Assembly: GCF_009914755.1 (NCBI RefSeq)
Contig: NC_060929.1
DNA length: 64,000 nt
From: the human T2T-CHM13v2.0 reference genome, Homo sapiens
Strand: one strand, 5' to 3'
This document shows positions 1 through 15,395 of this stretch, piece after piece (the stretch's first letter is position 1; every line of letters starts with the position of its first letter). The notes beneath the pieces were generated by a model that ran no database searches, was not told where the DNA came from, and saw only the letters and a program-made list of their open reading frames with translations. A program made the translations under genes and the position numbers.

Positions 1-86
1 GAACAAAAATGAATGAAAATATGGAGAATGTTAAAAAATAAAGTACATAAAAAGAGTCAGATGGACATTTTTGAACTTCCCAATAC

Positions 87-424
87 TGTCTTAGTCCTTT
101 CAAGTTGCAATCACAAAATTGAGTGTCTTGTAAACAACAAGCATTTGTTTTCATAATTCTGGAGGCTGCGAAGTCCAAGATCAAGGCATCATCAGATTCA
201 GTGTCTGGCAAGGGGTCATTCCTCTTAGATGACACCTTGTAACTGTGTCTTCATGCAGTAGAGGGTGAACAAGCTCCTTTGGGCCTAATTTATAGGGATA
301 CTAACCCTTTATGAGGCTGGATCCCTCATAACCTTCACAAAAGCCCCACCTCCTAATACCTTCATTTAGGAGTTAGGATTTCAACATAGGAATTTTGAGG
401 ATACACAGCATTCAGATCACATAA
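87..424 (-). mobile_element. MaLR solo LTR (MLT1A-like) inserted into an old L1 fragment
   Basis: Starts TGTCTTAGTCC and contains TTCTGGAGGCTGCGAAGTCCAAGATCAAGG and TTAGGATTTCAACAT; 5-bp TSD AATAC at 82-86 and 425-429. Confidence 0.85.
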
Positions 425-940
425 AATACAATAACTAAAATATGAAAAAGAACTCAATGGCTAGGTTTAGTAGAAGATTGAACACAAGGGAAAATAGAAT
501 TAATGAGCTAAAAAACAGATCAACATAAATATCTATATTCAAACACTGAGAGATAAAAGAAACAAAAACAAAGCAAGCATAGCATGTGAGTTATATGAGA
601 CATTGGAAAAGGGTCTAGCACACATACCAACAGACTATGTGCATATATTTTGCATTTGTGTGTGTTTATCTGGGAGTATGATTTAACAAGCTCATTCTTA
701 AACTTACATGAAAATGAAGAAAGATGAGGAATAGTCAAGGCATTCTTGAAAATAAAGTAGGAGAACTTGTTCTACTTGATACTAGGAATTATTCTGAGGC
801 CAGAATAGTTCAAATGATTTAATATTAGTGCAAGTACAAATAGATCAATGGACCAGAATAAGGAGATTAAAAACAAATCTACACATGCACCGACAGTTGA
901 TTTACAACAAAGATGGCACCACAGAACTATAGAGGAATGT
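425..940 (+). mobile_element. Old L1M fragments (ORF1-like then ORF2-like)
   Basis: A-rich sequence with L1-like phrases (AACTCAATGGCTAGGTTTAGTAGAAGATT; AAATAGATCAATGGACCAGAATA); continues 1-86 across the LTR TSD. Confidence 0.6.
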
Positions 941-1879
941 TCATGTTTTACTCAGTTACACTTCAAGGCATTGGGGTTGGGGAGATCAAAACTTGTGCAA
1001 TGGGGTCTTCTCTTTTCCATTAACAATAATTCCAGTTATCTCCACCAACCGTCTGTTTCTTTCTTTTCTTTTCTTTTCTTTTTCTTTTTTTTGTCATTCT
1101 TTCTGCCAGGTGTCTATGTCTGGGAGTATGATATTTCCCTTGAAGGATCTCCTAAAATATGGCATTTGGAATATCTAGTGCCCATGTGGTTGTGGAATGA
1201 CTGCTTCTTGTGATTGTAGAAATAGATGCTTCTTGTAGTCCAAGCTCAGCTGCGTGGCTCTCCGGAGAAACTTTCTTGCCCATGCACACAGACCTTTTCC
1301 ACTCATCTGCAGGAAGGTGCCCCTCACAGACATCACTCACTAGCACACTGGTCACAGAACACTCCCCAAATTGTTCCACATTGAATATCAGACATAATTC
1401 TGATTAGTGAAGATTATCTCTTTAGAGATCAGATTTGATTTTCACGTTTCCAGTGTCTCCCACTGCTTCACTCGTATTTTCCTTCCATTGCTGCATTCAA
1501 TGCTTTCTCCCTAAGGTCTTGAATCCCATGCAATACTTTTGCCCTGTTGCCCTGTAAATAAAATCCATCTTCTTCATGTGCTACCTCAAAGCCCATTTCC
1601 CTGGAACACACAACTGATTCATGTGTGCTATATCACTTTGCTCAACTGAAGGTATTAAATGATCATGGCGTGACAAATACCATGTTATAGTAAAGAAAAT
1701 GCTACAGGAACATTCCACATTAACTGTTTGTCTACAAAGCCTTCTTCAAACAGTGTCTGGGATAGGCCACTTGCAGTGAACACTTGCTAGTTTGGTACAA
1801 ACATCCAACCCCCTTCTCAGAATCAGCATAATGTCTTGTGGGAAATTATCTCTGTCTTCCAAGATGAGTAGCCCCTGTA

Positions 1880-2525
<646 letters not shown>

Positions 2526-2599
2526 TCAATCCCATGTGACCCTCCTTGAGGCAGTTGGAAACCTAAGAACTACCACTTAAAAGTTCACCCATTTATCAT

Positions 2600-2970
2600 G
2601 AACATCATATATGAACAAGTATGCCCTCTGAGCACTTTTCAGTAGTTTTTGAAATCACTATTTGTGTGGTTTTTCTGTGATCTGTCACATTGGAAATAAG
2701 ACTTCAAATTAGGTTTGTTTCAACTGATTTCTTATTTACTAACCCATATGGTATAAACAACATGTATTTGAAGAAACGTAGACTAACTGATATTTCACAT
2801 TTTATAATTCTGTCCCATTTATAATGAACTCACCACTATGTAAATTTTAGTGTGCCCTCTTTTTCTCCTTTTTGAAACTGGGCCAATATTTTATGTCTCT
2901 GTTGATGTGGCTGTTTTACTTTCTCCATGACTTCTCAAATATTTTAGAAAATCTGTGACTGCAATTATGT
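2600..2970 (-). mobile_element. L3/CR1 LINE relic (RT region)
   Basis: Resembles antisense CR1 RT as recalled (AAATTAGGTTTGTTT...ACTAACCCAT; CTCCTTTTTGAAACTGGG; TTCTCCATGACTTCTCAAA); highly diverged. Confidence 0.45.
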
Positions 2971-4325
2971 CTTTGAAAAAAACAAGAAAACAAAACAAAA
3001 TTTAAACACTGCTTACAACTCATTTTCCTGGAAATCATCTTAGATTGGCTAACACATTTAATTTTTCCTCAAACACTTTTCTTTATACTGCTATTCCTAC
3101 ATTGAACACTATAACTTTTCTTAGAAAAAATGGATTTCTAGGGGAAGCTGGTTGTGTAGGAGTTTGCAGTCACCATTCTGTTTCCCAAGGAGTGGCCCTA
3201 TCTGTCCTTTCTTTGTTGTTCTAACCACAGTTGAGTCGTATAGACATTTTGGAGGTTAGCTTTCACATTTTGTGATGAATAGATCTAATCTTTTTGCTTT
3301 TAAAGCCCCTTAGAATCAAGAAAACCTTAAAAATAACAAATAATTGCTAACAACCTAGCAATAAGTTCCAAACTGAGGTTTGCTGTCACATTCATCATGC
3401 ATGCCAAGGGAATCCTTTAGGAATGAAACTTGAATTACTTCAGTTAAGGAGAGGAAATAGAAATATGAAACTGTATCACTGGACAATCATGCCAGTACTT
3501 AATCTTCTCAATGTTAGAATGGAAACATGGCTGGAAATTAGTTGTTTTATTTTATTTTTCTACTAAATCCAATGTTATCAATAAGTGGTTTTCTTGTTCT
3601 GAATTTCATGGTTTAGCAATCTTTAGTGCCAGAATTATTTTTCCTTAGGAGTGTGGACATAGGTGCTATTATTAATTTGTTAAATATTAAAGGTAATTTT
3701 AGCCCATTTAAAAAAGATAACGTTTGGAAAACCACAGCATTTCAATCTGTTAGTAAATTTTTGTCCTGTGAAACTATAACTGAATAAATGGGCATAGCAA
3801 TCCTAAAAGTGTTGATTATGTTCTACAAAAGGCTTTCCTTTGTGGAAATAATGAAAACAAACCTGGACCTAACTAGAATCTGAGAACTCTATCACTTATA
3901 TGTCTTTCCTGAGTAATCAAGTGAACGATTCCTTTATGCCCTTGGATGAAGCATCTAGTATATTCCTCAAAGCAGTTGAAAAAATTTGCATCCTTATGAG
4001 ATTTTTATGAGGCTCTGGCCTATGACATGGCCAGCTCCGGCAGTTGAATAGTGAGAAAATGGACTTAATTACCATCACAGTGATTATTGAAATACAGATA
4101 GCCACATAACCTTGACACTTGGAACATTTCTGCCCAACTAAACTTCAGCAGCAATTTATTCAGAGAACAATTTAAAATAAATACAAAATAAATACATATA
4201 AAAGAGAGATAATTCTATACGTAAGCTAATATTTTCATTTGGTCTTCATAGTAGCTGTTGTCTTAAATACATACACAAGGAGGAAAAGTCAAATCAGAAA
4301 GTCTTTCTTAAGAAGCAATTAAATT

Positions 4326-4647
<322 letters not shown>

Positions 4648-5708
4648 CTATCTCTATTCCAAAAACAAATTTGCAGTTTCTCCCATGAGCCTGCACACCT
4701 ATCTGATTCTGTGAAGGTCACCTGCTTCTGAAACCCTGTCACATTTTGGTGACTTCTTTAGTTTTCTTTTTGACAAATATTACATTAGTAAAGTTTCAAC
4801 TTGGATCATATGATAATTGAGCAATGCAAGAACTTGTATTTTTAAGGGAAACTAACACATAAAACATCCATAATAAAAAACAAACTCTACATTTGGTTGC
4901 TGATGTGATTACAGAATTTAGTTCTGCATCTTGATGAAATAATTTTGACAATCCAATTTGTAATCCTAAAATGTCATTGTGGAGGTACAGACGTTTGGAA
5001 TTGCATGTGTGTGCATATGTGTGTGTTTGTGAGCTTTTGTCTACAGTGTCAAAAAAAAGAAAGAAAATAAAATTCATCTCTGATTTTCAAAAGTCATTTT
5101 GCCTGTCAAATTTTATTTGGCCTGCCTGAGTCTTAATGGTGCCACATTCACTCTCTGGTTATTGATATGAAGCATAAATCAATATTCTCAGGAAACTGCC
5201 AACAGTATTTCCATAAGCACTATTTTCACAGACATAGTAAGTAAAGCAAGCAGCAAACTTAGGGAAATTATATTCCTTTGCATAATCTTTCTTAAGGCCT
5301 AACAAGAATATTATCCCAACATTTCCAGTAAGGTTCATTGTTGCCTGTTGCAATTTTGTATTTTTTTCTATTACCAGGTGATTGTTTCTTATTAGCCTAT
5401 TTTACAGTCTCTCTATTTAGAGAAAGAAGATCTCATCCTGATTTTTACAACTGGCAGAGTTGTGCAGCTCGTCTTCATCAGCTTGGCGCCTGCCGTCGAC
5501 GAGTGTGGCAAACTGAGCTGAAATGTATAGTGTAGAACGACCATGGAGTGGCACACGGACAGAATTCGCTTAAACGTTACTTTGCTTAAATTCCTCAGAC
5601 TAGTGTTCTCACTCTATTGCAGAGGAGTTCTATTATTCCTAAATGAGGTTTTAATCATAATTTCTATTTTTGAAAAAATTCAAAGTTTGCTTTAAAATAA
5701 AAGTAACA

Positions 5709-6046
<338 letters not shown>

Positions 6047-7174
6047 TCATGAGTACCAGATCATTTAACCAAGTAAAATGGAAATAAATCTTTAGGACAA
6101 AACAGACAAAGCATAGAGGGTAACATTCAGGTACCCCCGAATCCTGCAGCGATGGGTGCTTAGGATGAGTTGTTCCATTTCTCAAGCAAGGTTCACTGTC
6201 GTGTTCGCACATGGCATTTTATCAAAGGTTTCCACCTACCAACGCAGAAATTCAAATCATGCTTTTGCGCAACGAGAGCTCAGTTCTTACCATCACCCCC
6301 TCTTCTAGCTGTTGGAGGTGGGAACCCGGGAGACCAGTGCCTTTCTGAGGCTGCCCTGATAGCCCAGATAGTGGCTGAGGCCAGCAGCATCTGCAGGCTG
6401 GCTTCTAGTGTTCATGGTTTCCTTGTGGCTTGGTCCCCAGCAAACTTTTCTGACCATTTCACCCATTAACTTTGGTAGCGGATCGATGCATGAGCTAAAG
6501 GTGGATTCTTAATTCACTTCATTTTCTGAAACATGGGAAGTTCAGTATAGAGTTAAAGGGAGATTTTACCTGTGATTGAACATCGGTTTATGTTAGCACT
6601 TTACAGAGTTCATAAATTTACAAAAGGAATTAAATAACATCACTATAATTAACATTCAAGCACTACTTATCTTTGGACTTACATTTCTGGATTCACAGTG
6701 TTCCCAGGGATTTGAAGTCCTAGAAAAAAGTTGAGCTCTGACACTCTGGCTTGTCATTGAATGGTAGGTGTCACCCTAGCAAAGTCTGATGCTGACATTT
6801 TAACAGACAACTGTGGATTTGACTTAATGGTGAGTCTGTCTTTGTTTTATCACAGATTCTACATCTCCTGCAAGACTAAGTTGAAAATATTGCCTGTTTA
6901 TATTGTTCATGCTTATCTTTTAGAATCCATGTAATAAGTGAGTTTGGATCTAAAACAACCACTGATCACAGTCATGGTTCTTAGAACAGTTATGTGGATT
7001 CCGATCTATTTTCATCTTTGTTTTAACTCATTGTGCATACGTTTTTATGTAGATGGTTTCAGTTCCTTACTGGGGAGAATGTTTGTGATACACGTTATAA
7101 ATAAATATTCCGAAATTTAATTTCTAAAAAACTAGAATTAAAAATTAAGATAGCTAAGATTCTTTTATTATAGA

Positions 7175-7715
7175 TAGGGACCCCAAACCCCCAGATCATG
7201 GACTGGTACTAGTTCCTGGCCTGTCAGGAACTGGTCTGCATAGCAGGAGGTGAACTGTGGGTGAGTGACAGAAACTTCATCTGTATTTACAGCTGCTCCC
7301 CATCACCCGCATTACTGCCTGAGCTCCACCTCCTGTTAGAACAGTGGCAGCATTAGATTCTCATAGAAGAGTAAACCCTATTATGAACTGTGCATGTGGG
7401 GGATCTAGGTTGCCCACTCCTTATGAGAATCTAATGACTGATGATCTGTCACTGCCTCCCATCACTCCTAGTTGGGACTATCTAGTTGCAGGAAAATGAG
7501 CTCTGGGCTCCCACTGAGTCTACATGATGGTGAGTTGTATAATTATTTCATTATATATTATAATGCAAGAATAATAGAAATAAAGTGCACGATAAATATA
7601 ATGCACTTGAATCATCCTGAAACTATTCCCCACCCACTACCCCCAACCCCTGGTTCATGGAAAAATTGTCTTCCACAAAACCAGTCTCTGGTGTCCACAA
7701 GGTTGAGGGCTGCTG
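7175..7715. mobile_element. MER1A (hAT-Charlie non-autonomous DNA transposon)
   Basis: About 540 bp matching MER1A hallmarks: GCATTAGATTCTCATAG, TATGAGAATCTAATG, ATGGAAAAATTGTCTTCCACAAAACCAGTC; degenerate TIRs. Confidence 0.9.
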
Positions 7716-8033
7716 TTACAAAGAGACAACCAATGCTGTACTAATAGTTACATAAATTTGTCTTAGATCCATAATATGGAATGTTATGAAGCCTTTTAAA
7801 GGAGAGCTTTCAATAATTTTAATATTATGGTAATAGGACCACAATACAATATCTAATTAAAAAATAATACCCATGCAGAGTATGACTTGAAATCTATTTT
7901 GAAAATATATTTTACATAAATGGAAAGATAAGAAAATACCTCTTGAAATGTTAATAATAACTTCTGGGTAGCGAGGCTATAGATTAATATTTATCTTAAA
8001 ATGTTCTATATTTCTAAACATTAAACAATGTTT

Positions 8034-8210
8034 ATAGTCATAAAAAATTAATAATCTGAGAGCACTTTATGTCAGGAGTTTGATTTCCATTCATAGTCAG
8101 AAAAAATTAATAATCTGAGAACACTTTATGTCAGGAGTTTGATTTCCATTCATAGTCAGAAAAAATTAATAATCTGAGAACACTTTATGGCAGGAGTTTG
8201 ATTTCCGTTC
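8034..8210. repeat. Minisatellite, 3 x 59-bp unit
   Basis: Unit ATAGTCAGAAAAAATTAATAATCTGAGAACACTTTATGTCAGGAGTTTGATTTCCATTC repeated three times; each outer unit differs from the middle one by 2 substitutions. Confidence 0.97.
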
Positions 8211-8695
8211 ACCAATTGCTAATGAAATAGTATGTGAAGGTTTTCTAAGCTTCATCCTGGTTATAAGGCCTCCTTGTAACCTCAGGATTTTGTTTCTAGG
8301 AATATTTTGAAATGAAAGGAAATTTTAATCTCTTCAATGGGTAGTCAAATGGTATACATGGATTGGAATGAATGTTGTTTAAACTTAAAATAGTACAAAT
8401 ATATCTCTTATTAAGACAGACTATTATGCTTATAGAGGCTTCTGGTACTGATCATGACAATAGGCTCCAGTTTTCAAATGAGGTCAAAGATTTTGTGAAA
8501 TATAGATGCTTTATCATGTCAAAAAGGATCAATGGCTATATCATTTACTTTGGGTAAAATAGTTACAGCGTTTAATTTATCCCTGCCCATAGAGAATACG
8601 TAGCCATATTCCAATTCTGCAAGCGCTTACTGAGGAGAGAAAGGAGGAGTATGATACAATATACACATCCTTCACAAGTTTTTCCTTGGGCGGGT

Positions 8696-9126
8696 GTGTT
8701 ATTAAGGTCTCAGCAGGAAGCAGGTGGCACCTACAAGTTGGGTAAATTCAGGGTGATGTAGAAAATGACTCTTGATGAAACTGTGGGTAGAGTACAGAAA
8801 ATCAGAGGGGTGGGGGCACTGGGAGCCGTTGATGGGAAGCGGAGAGGGAGCTCTTCCTCCTCCTCCACTTTGGGCTGGAACCAGCACAGGGAGGTAAAGC
8901 CGGCTAGACCTTGGAGCATGTGTGGGGAGGAATATCCAACAGACCTCTTCAGTAGAGCCCTGAAGCCAGCTCTCAGGAAATGCAACTGGCAGAATAAATA
9001 TCGTGATTTCACTTCCTTTCAGTTCTCTGCCTGATCTCCCTATTGACCTGAGCCAACTAGAAGCTAGTCCAGACAGGGAAAGTGAAAAAGGGCAGAGTGG
9101 ATCTGAAGGGGAAAGCTGAGGTCACA
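8696..9126 (-). mobile_element. Old ERVL-class LTR (subfamily unresolved)
   Basis: TG...CA-bounded segment with CAGGAAGCAGGTGGCAC...AATT and AGAGTGGATCTGAAGGGGAAA, resembling antisense ancient ERVL LTRs. Confidence 0.5.
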
Positions 9127-10177
9127 ATGGGAATCTCACAATGGGAACATGGATTAACATAAGTCATCTGGTGAAATAAATATCTCAGTCACTAATGCAG
9201 GCAAAAAAAAGTTTTTTTCTTCTTCCTCAAGACATAGTCCAGGGAAGGTCACTGGAGAGAAGGCAGGTGGCAGCTACTCTTTATCCGGTGGCTCTACCAC
9301 TTCTCAAGGCCTTAGATGGGCTTTCATACTTTGCATTTAACCAGAAGAAAGTGAAGAGTGAGTGTGGGAGTTAATGTGGGAACTTTCCCTGGATTGAGCA
9401 TGGCTGCAGTACACATCGTATCTGCCCACATTCCACCAGGCAGTGCTCATGGACACACCTACCCACAGGGTGGCCTGGGGATGGACATCAGCTGTGAGCA
9501 GAGGCCAGAGAGCCTGTTCCCTAAACGTCCAGACAGTCTGCAACAGTAGGACTGGAAGACCATGACAAGTTCATACACGCAAACCAAAATATCATCACAA
9601 TCCACCAGAATAAGCAAAATCCTATAGAAGGAACACTCACATTTATCTAGGTGGATAGGCAAGGCATATGAACATTAGGATGAATCTTAGTAGAAAACAA
9701 AAACTTCATCAGGGAAAACATTCAAGACTTGTCTTAGGCTAGTGTCCTCTAAACACTTTTGGTCCCACATCTGCATTAGTAGAAAAATTTAGAATCCCCA
9801 TGGATGTGTATGTGTGTTTATGTGTTTCTGCATAATACATGAGATGTGACTATCTATCTATCCTAAATAAAAAAAGTGAAAATGAATACAATTGAAAGTG
9901 ATCGTATTCTCTTTCTACTCTGCTGCTTTAATCTCATGAGTGTCCCATAGTGCTTGAACACCCCACTTTTGAGATCACGGTTTATTGATAAAGACAAAAA
10001 AACCCCACTAAGATGTATAGCAATGAACAAGTAGAATTTGAAATTAAAAACACAATACCATTTACATTAGCACCTCCCCAAATAAAATACTTAGGTAAAA
10101 CTCTAACACAATAGGTACAAGATCTATATAAGAAAAACTACAAACTCTCATCAAAGACATTAATTAAGAACTAAATA

Positions 10178-10470
<293 letters not shown>

Positions 10471-11664
10471 CTAAATAAATTAAATAGGGAGGTATTCTAT
10501 GTTTATGAATAGAAAAACTCAACAGATCAGTTCTTCCCAGTTTGATTTATAGATTCAATTAAACACTGATCAAAATTTTAGTAAGTTACTGTGTAGATAT
10601 CAAAAACTGATTTTAAAGTTTATTTGAAGAGACAAAAGATTAAGAATAGCCAATCCAGTATTGAAGAAGAAAAGCAAAGCTGGAGGACTGACATTACATG
10701 ACTTCAAGACAATGTGGTATTGGTAAAATAATAAATAAATAGATTAATAGAGCAGAATAGAGAGCCCACATGAATATAGTCAGAAAATAAAATATGGAAG
10801 ATATACAGATGGCAAATAAGCTTATACAGTGATGCTCTACCTCCTAGGTTATTAGAAAAATGCAAATTAAAACAACAACAGCAAGACACTACTTCAGACC
10901 AATGTACAACCAAAACCCAGAACACTCACAGCAGGTGTGGAACTGCAGGAACTCTCATTCATTGCTGGTGGGAATGCAAAATGGTACAGCCACTTGGGAG
11001 GACAGATTGGCAGTTCTTTATAAAATCAAACATACTATTACCTCACGATCCATCAGTCATGCTCCTTGGTATTTACCCAAAGGAGTTGAAAACATGTCCA
11101 CACAAAAACCTGCACACAAATGTTTACAGTAGCTTTATTCACAATTGCCCAAACTTGAAAACAATCAAGATGTCTCCAGTAGGTAAGTGAATACATAAAC
11201 TTGGGTATATCCAGACAATGGAACTTTGGTCAGCACTTGAAAAAATGAGCAATCAAGCCACAAAAAGACATAAGGAAACTTAAAAACATATTACTTAAGT
11301 GAAAAATCATCAATCCAAAAAGGCTACCTACTGTATGGTTCCAATTATATCACGTCCTGGAAAAGATGAAACTATGGAGACAGTAGCAAGGTCAGTGGTT
11401 GTCAGGGGTTGGGGGAAGGGAGGGATGAGTTGGGGGAGCTCAGGTGATTTTTAGGGCAGTGAAATTATTCTGCATGAATTGATAATGATGAATACATGTC
11501 ATGATATATTTATCAAAATCCATAGTATATACACCACCAAGAGTGAGCCCTGATGTAGCTGTGGACTCTAGGTGACTGATGTAACAATATGGGTTCATTG
11601 ATTGTAACTAATGAACCACTCTGGTGGGGGATGCTCATAATGGGGGAGGCTGTGCATGTGGGGG

Positions 11665-12022
11665 TGTATTAGTTCATTTTCATACTGCTATGAAGAAATA
11701 CCCAAGACTGGGTAATTTTTATATATATAAAGAGGTTTAATGGACTCACAGTCCCACATGGCTGGGGAGGCCTTAAAATCATGGTGGAAGGCAAAGGAAG
11801 AGCAAAGGCATGTTTTACATGGCAGCAGGCAAGAGAGTGTGTGCAGGGGAACTGCCCTTTATAAAACCATCAGATCTCCTGAGACTTATTCACTATCACA
11901 GGAACAGCATGGGAAAACCCACCCCCGTGAACCTTACACCAGGTTCCTCCAATGATATGTGGGAATTATGGGAGCTAAAATTCAAGATGAGATTTGGACA
12001 GGGACACAGCCAAACCATATCA
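11665..12022 (-). mobile_element. THE1 (THE1C-like) solo LTR nested in the L1 3'UTR
   Basis: TGTATTAGTTCATTTTCATACTGCTATGAAGAAATACCC ... GGACACAGCCAAACCATATCA; 5-bp TSD GGGGG on both sides. Confidence 0.93.
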
Positions 12023-12413
12023 GGGGGGTAGGAGGTATATGGAAAATCTCTATATTTTCAATTTTGCTGTGAAATTATTACTGCTGCAATAAATAAAGTG
12101 TAAGCATAACCAACCAAAAAAATAAAACAAAACAAAAACCCCACAAAGGTATGAGAGTAGAGACAGGAGAGCATGTTCTGGGGAGTAGTTATTGGAAGCA
12201 GAGCCAGATGGTGTGGGGATGCTGTCACGTGCTCCTGCCCTTATACACCAAGATCTGCCTCATGGCCCCTGTGCCATAGAGCTCTGCCCATCCGTTTCAA
12301 TAAATACAGGCAATGAAGATTTCACCAGGAAAAGAGAGGGAGGGGGAACTGTGGATGAGTACTCTGAGTCACCTTTACAAAATGAGCAACACAATGTGAG
12401 TATTTAGTTCTAG

Positions 12414-12560
12414 GGCCTCTGTTCTCTCACCAGTCTGTTGTAAAGGGCCTACCTCATGGGATTGTTTGAATCTACCATTAGATGAGATGGTGCATATGAA
12501 ATGTTTGAAAAGCACCTGCCCTCAGTAGGTCCTCCATGAAGGTTAGTTATGATCATTATT
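12414..12560 (+). mobile_element. MIR SINE 3' part
   Basis: CCTACCTCATGGGATTGTT...ATTAGATGAGATGGTGCATATGAAATGTTT...CAGTAGGTCCTC matches the MIR 3' region. Confidence 0.65.
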
Positions 12561-14199
12561 AGTAAAATTCCAATCTGGCTGGAGCACAGAATATGTGCCA
12601 TCTGTGGTGGGATAAAACCCAGACATGCCAGACTGTAGAAGGCTTTGCTGTGGGGTGGGACCAGGGAGAAGAGGAGGAGAGGTGTTTGGCCTGGCATGAG
12701 GAGGGCTCGTCTGGAAGGGCTGGCAGGGGGAGCTGAGGAGGGCTGGCAGGGCTGTGGGGAGGCAGGATGGGAGTGGGTGAGGCTGGAGAGGTGCTGTGGG
12801 ATGGTATGGCAGTGAGAGGGAGGCTGTGATCCCAGTGGAATGGGAACATGAGGGAGAGAGAGGAGGCAGAGGAGGATGGACTCTCATCTTGAGTCACTGC
12901 TGATTACCATGCTTTTAACTAACGGAGAAGTCAAGGAGACCACTGGCAAAGAAGGTAATGAGTTTGATCTGGGCTTCATCAAGTTCTGCTGTCCTGAGAA
13001 AGAATTTTCCAAATGCAGTCCCTGAACTGCAAACCAAATCCACATCCTCTAGTGGTTGCTCCTGGCAGAATGTCCCATACCCTACAGCTCTAAATTGAGG
13101 GCCTAGCACATGCTGGGTCACACACAGAATGGTCAGGGAAACCCAGGAGTGGCTTTATGGTGTGTGCATTGTTCAGTGCTGCGGGGTCCATCCCCAGGCA
13201 ATTTTCATTTACTCCTCCTGACCTTTACCTGAGCTGGGCTAAGTTATCATAAAGTTGGGGAGACATGCAACATGCCCAGGCCTGCTGCACTCAGACAATG
13301 GGCCCAGATCTTTCTCTCTAATGGTACGGTAGCAGATGCTCTGAAATCAGCATTTGATGAAATGTGTTGTTATTAAGGCAGAGAAGGTTCCTCTAGTAAA
13401 TGCAGATTATCATGCACACCCTTGAGGCTTTTTAACAATAGCCACATAGGGTACTTTCTCAGTAGATTTAGTAGTAATTATAGAGCCCTAGATAGAGCCC
13501 TAGAAAAATGGGTTACCAACAGTTTAAAATGAAGGATTTATTTCTATAGTGTCTCATGTGGATCCAAATTAGTATTCTGTGCTCATCTTGGGCATGGAGA
13601 GAGTCGAAGTCTTTCATGTGTAAAACCTGATGATCAAGAGCAGATCTTTTACTAGCCCCGGCATCGGATGGAAAGGAGGCTTCACATATGGTTTCATCAC
13701 TGTAAGACCATGGGAAAAAGATCTTCACTGCCTTTTATTTCATTACAGCACCGTGACATTTTTGACACTTTTTAAAATTAAAATAGAAATGTTTTAAGGT
13801 TCAAGCTGTCATTAAACCATATGTTTTATTTGGATGAAATGTTATCTTTTCAGTGGGAAAAAAACACTTTCAGAAATTTCACCCCCGATCCTAGATTGGA
13901 TAAAGTTAGTAGGAAAACAGTCAGTCATCTTTGAATAATTGACTTTATTCAAAATAAGCTTCTGGAATGTTTGGGTAAGGGGAAGGTTGGACTATGTCTA
14001 CTATCCAAATTAAAGTTAAAACTGTTGTTCCAGTCCCTCAAAATAATGTTTTCTTTTAAAAACAAAACAAAACAACAACAGCAATAAAAAACGCCACATT
14101 GTCACTGCCGTGATGCTTCGTGAATCTCCAGAGTCCCGATGTCTCAGAATGGCTAACATCTAAAATGTGATGAACTCCATATTGCTGGCCATATGAAGG

Positions 14200-15395
14200 T
14201 GTCCTAGTATGCCCAGATTTCCATAACAAAATGCTATAGACCAGGTGAGTGAAACAACAAAAATCTAACAAAAATATTAGAGGCTGGAAGTCCCAGATCA
14301 GGGGCTCAGCATAGTTGGCTGCTGGGGAGGGTTCTCTTTCTGGCTTTCAGACAGTCAATTTTTGGCTGTGTCTTCACATGATGGAGAGAGACAGCAAAAA
14401 AGCTCTCTGGTCTCTTCAAGTAAGGACACCAGTTCCGTCAAGAAGACCGCACTCTCAGGACCTTATCTAATATTAATTACCTCCCAAAGGCCCAATCTCC
14501 AAATACCATCACATTTGTAGTTAGGACTTCAACATATATGTTTGGGTGGAAAGCAATTCTGCCCATAGCATTTGACCCTTGGTCCACCAAAATGCATGTC
14601 CTTCTCATCTGCACCATACATTCATTCCATTTCAACAGACCCCAAGGTTTTAACATGTTCTAGCGTCAACTCTAAAGTCTAAGGTCCATCTAAATACCTA
14701 AATCGTATGGGTGAGACTCCACATACAATTCATTCTATAGAAAACTTTCTCTCCAGCTGTGAACATGTGAAACCTTACACATTATGTGCTTCCAAAATAC
14801 AATGATGAGCCAGGCATAGGCTAGGTATTTTCATTCCAAATGAGAGTAGGAAAGAAGGAAGGAGCGATGGGTCCCAGGCAAGTCTAAAACAATAAGGCAA
14901 ATTCTGTCAGATTTTAAGACTTGAGGGTGATCCTCCCTGGTTCAATATTCTGTCCTCTAGGTCCACTAGCACTGCAGGTGAGGTCCTGCCCTCAAGGCTC
15001 TGCTGGGGAATCCCACACCCACAGCTACAGGTGAAAGCACTGAGCCAGGTGCCCTGATGATCTCTGAATCACCTTCCAGGTCATTTGTTTCTCAACACGA
15101 ATGTCCTTCCTGGCTTGTAGATGCTGTCCTTTCCTCACGTCCTCATGTGGCTGAGAAACAGAGAGCCAGAGAGCCAGCCAGAAAGAGACAAAGAGAGAGA
15201 GAGAGCACTAATCAGAGAGACAGCTCTCTCATGTCTCTTCTGACAAGGACACAAATCGCATCATAAAGGCTACACCTTCATGACCTCATCTTTGTCTAAT
15301 CACCTCCCAAAGGCTCCATATCCAAATATCCTCACATCTGGAGTTAGGATTTCAACATATGAATGGTGGGAGGTGGCATAATTTAGTTCATAGCA
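14200..15395 (-). mobile_element. Internally deleted MLT1A-type MaLR provirus: LTR (14200-14570) + internal remnant + partial LTR (~15105-15395)
   Basis: Two same-orientation LTR segments both ending CATAGCA; between them MaLR-int-like text (CCAAAATGCATGTCCTTCTCA, TTCCAAAATACAATGATG); flanks GAAGG/GATGA may be a decayed TSD. Confidence 0.8.

Noticed and set aside
1130-1740. Possible processed pseudogene or CR1 endonuclease relic on the minus strand
   Set aside because: Translation only vaguely suggestive; cannot be supported without a search.
8034-8210. CRISPR-like array
   Set aside because: Units are contiguous with no unique spacers, there are no cas genes, and the context is primate.
11405-11424. 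G-quadruplex GGGGTTGGGGGAAGGGAGGG
   Set aside because: Ordinary G-rich tract of an L1 3'UTR.
13261-13287. p53 response element (CAACATGCCC AGGCCTGCTG)
   Set aside because: Several mismatches, including one in the CWWG core; compatible with chance.
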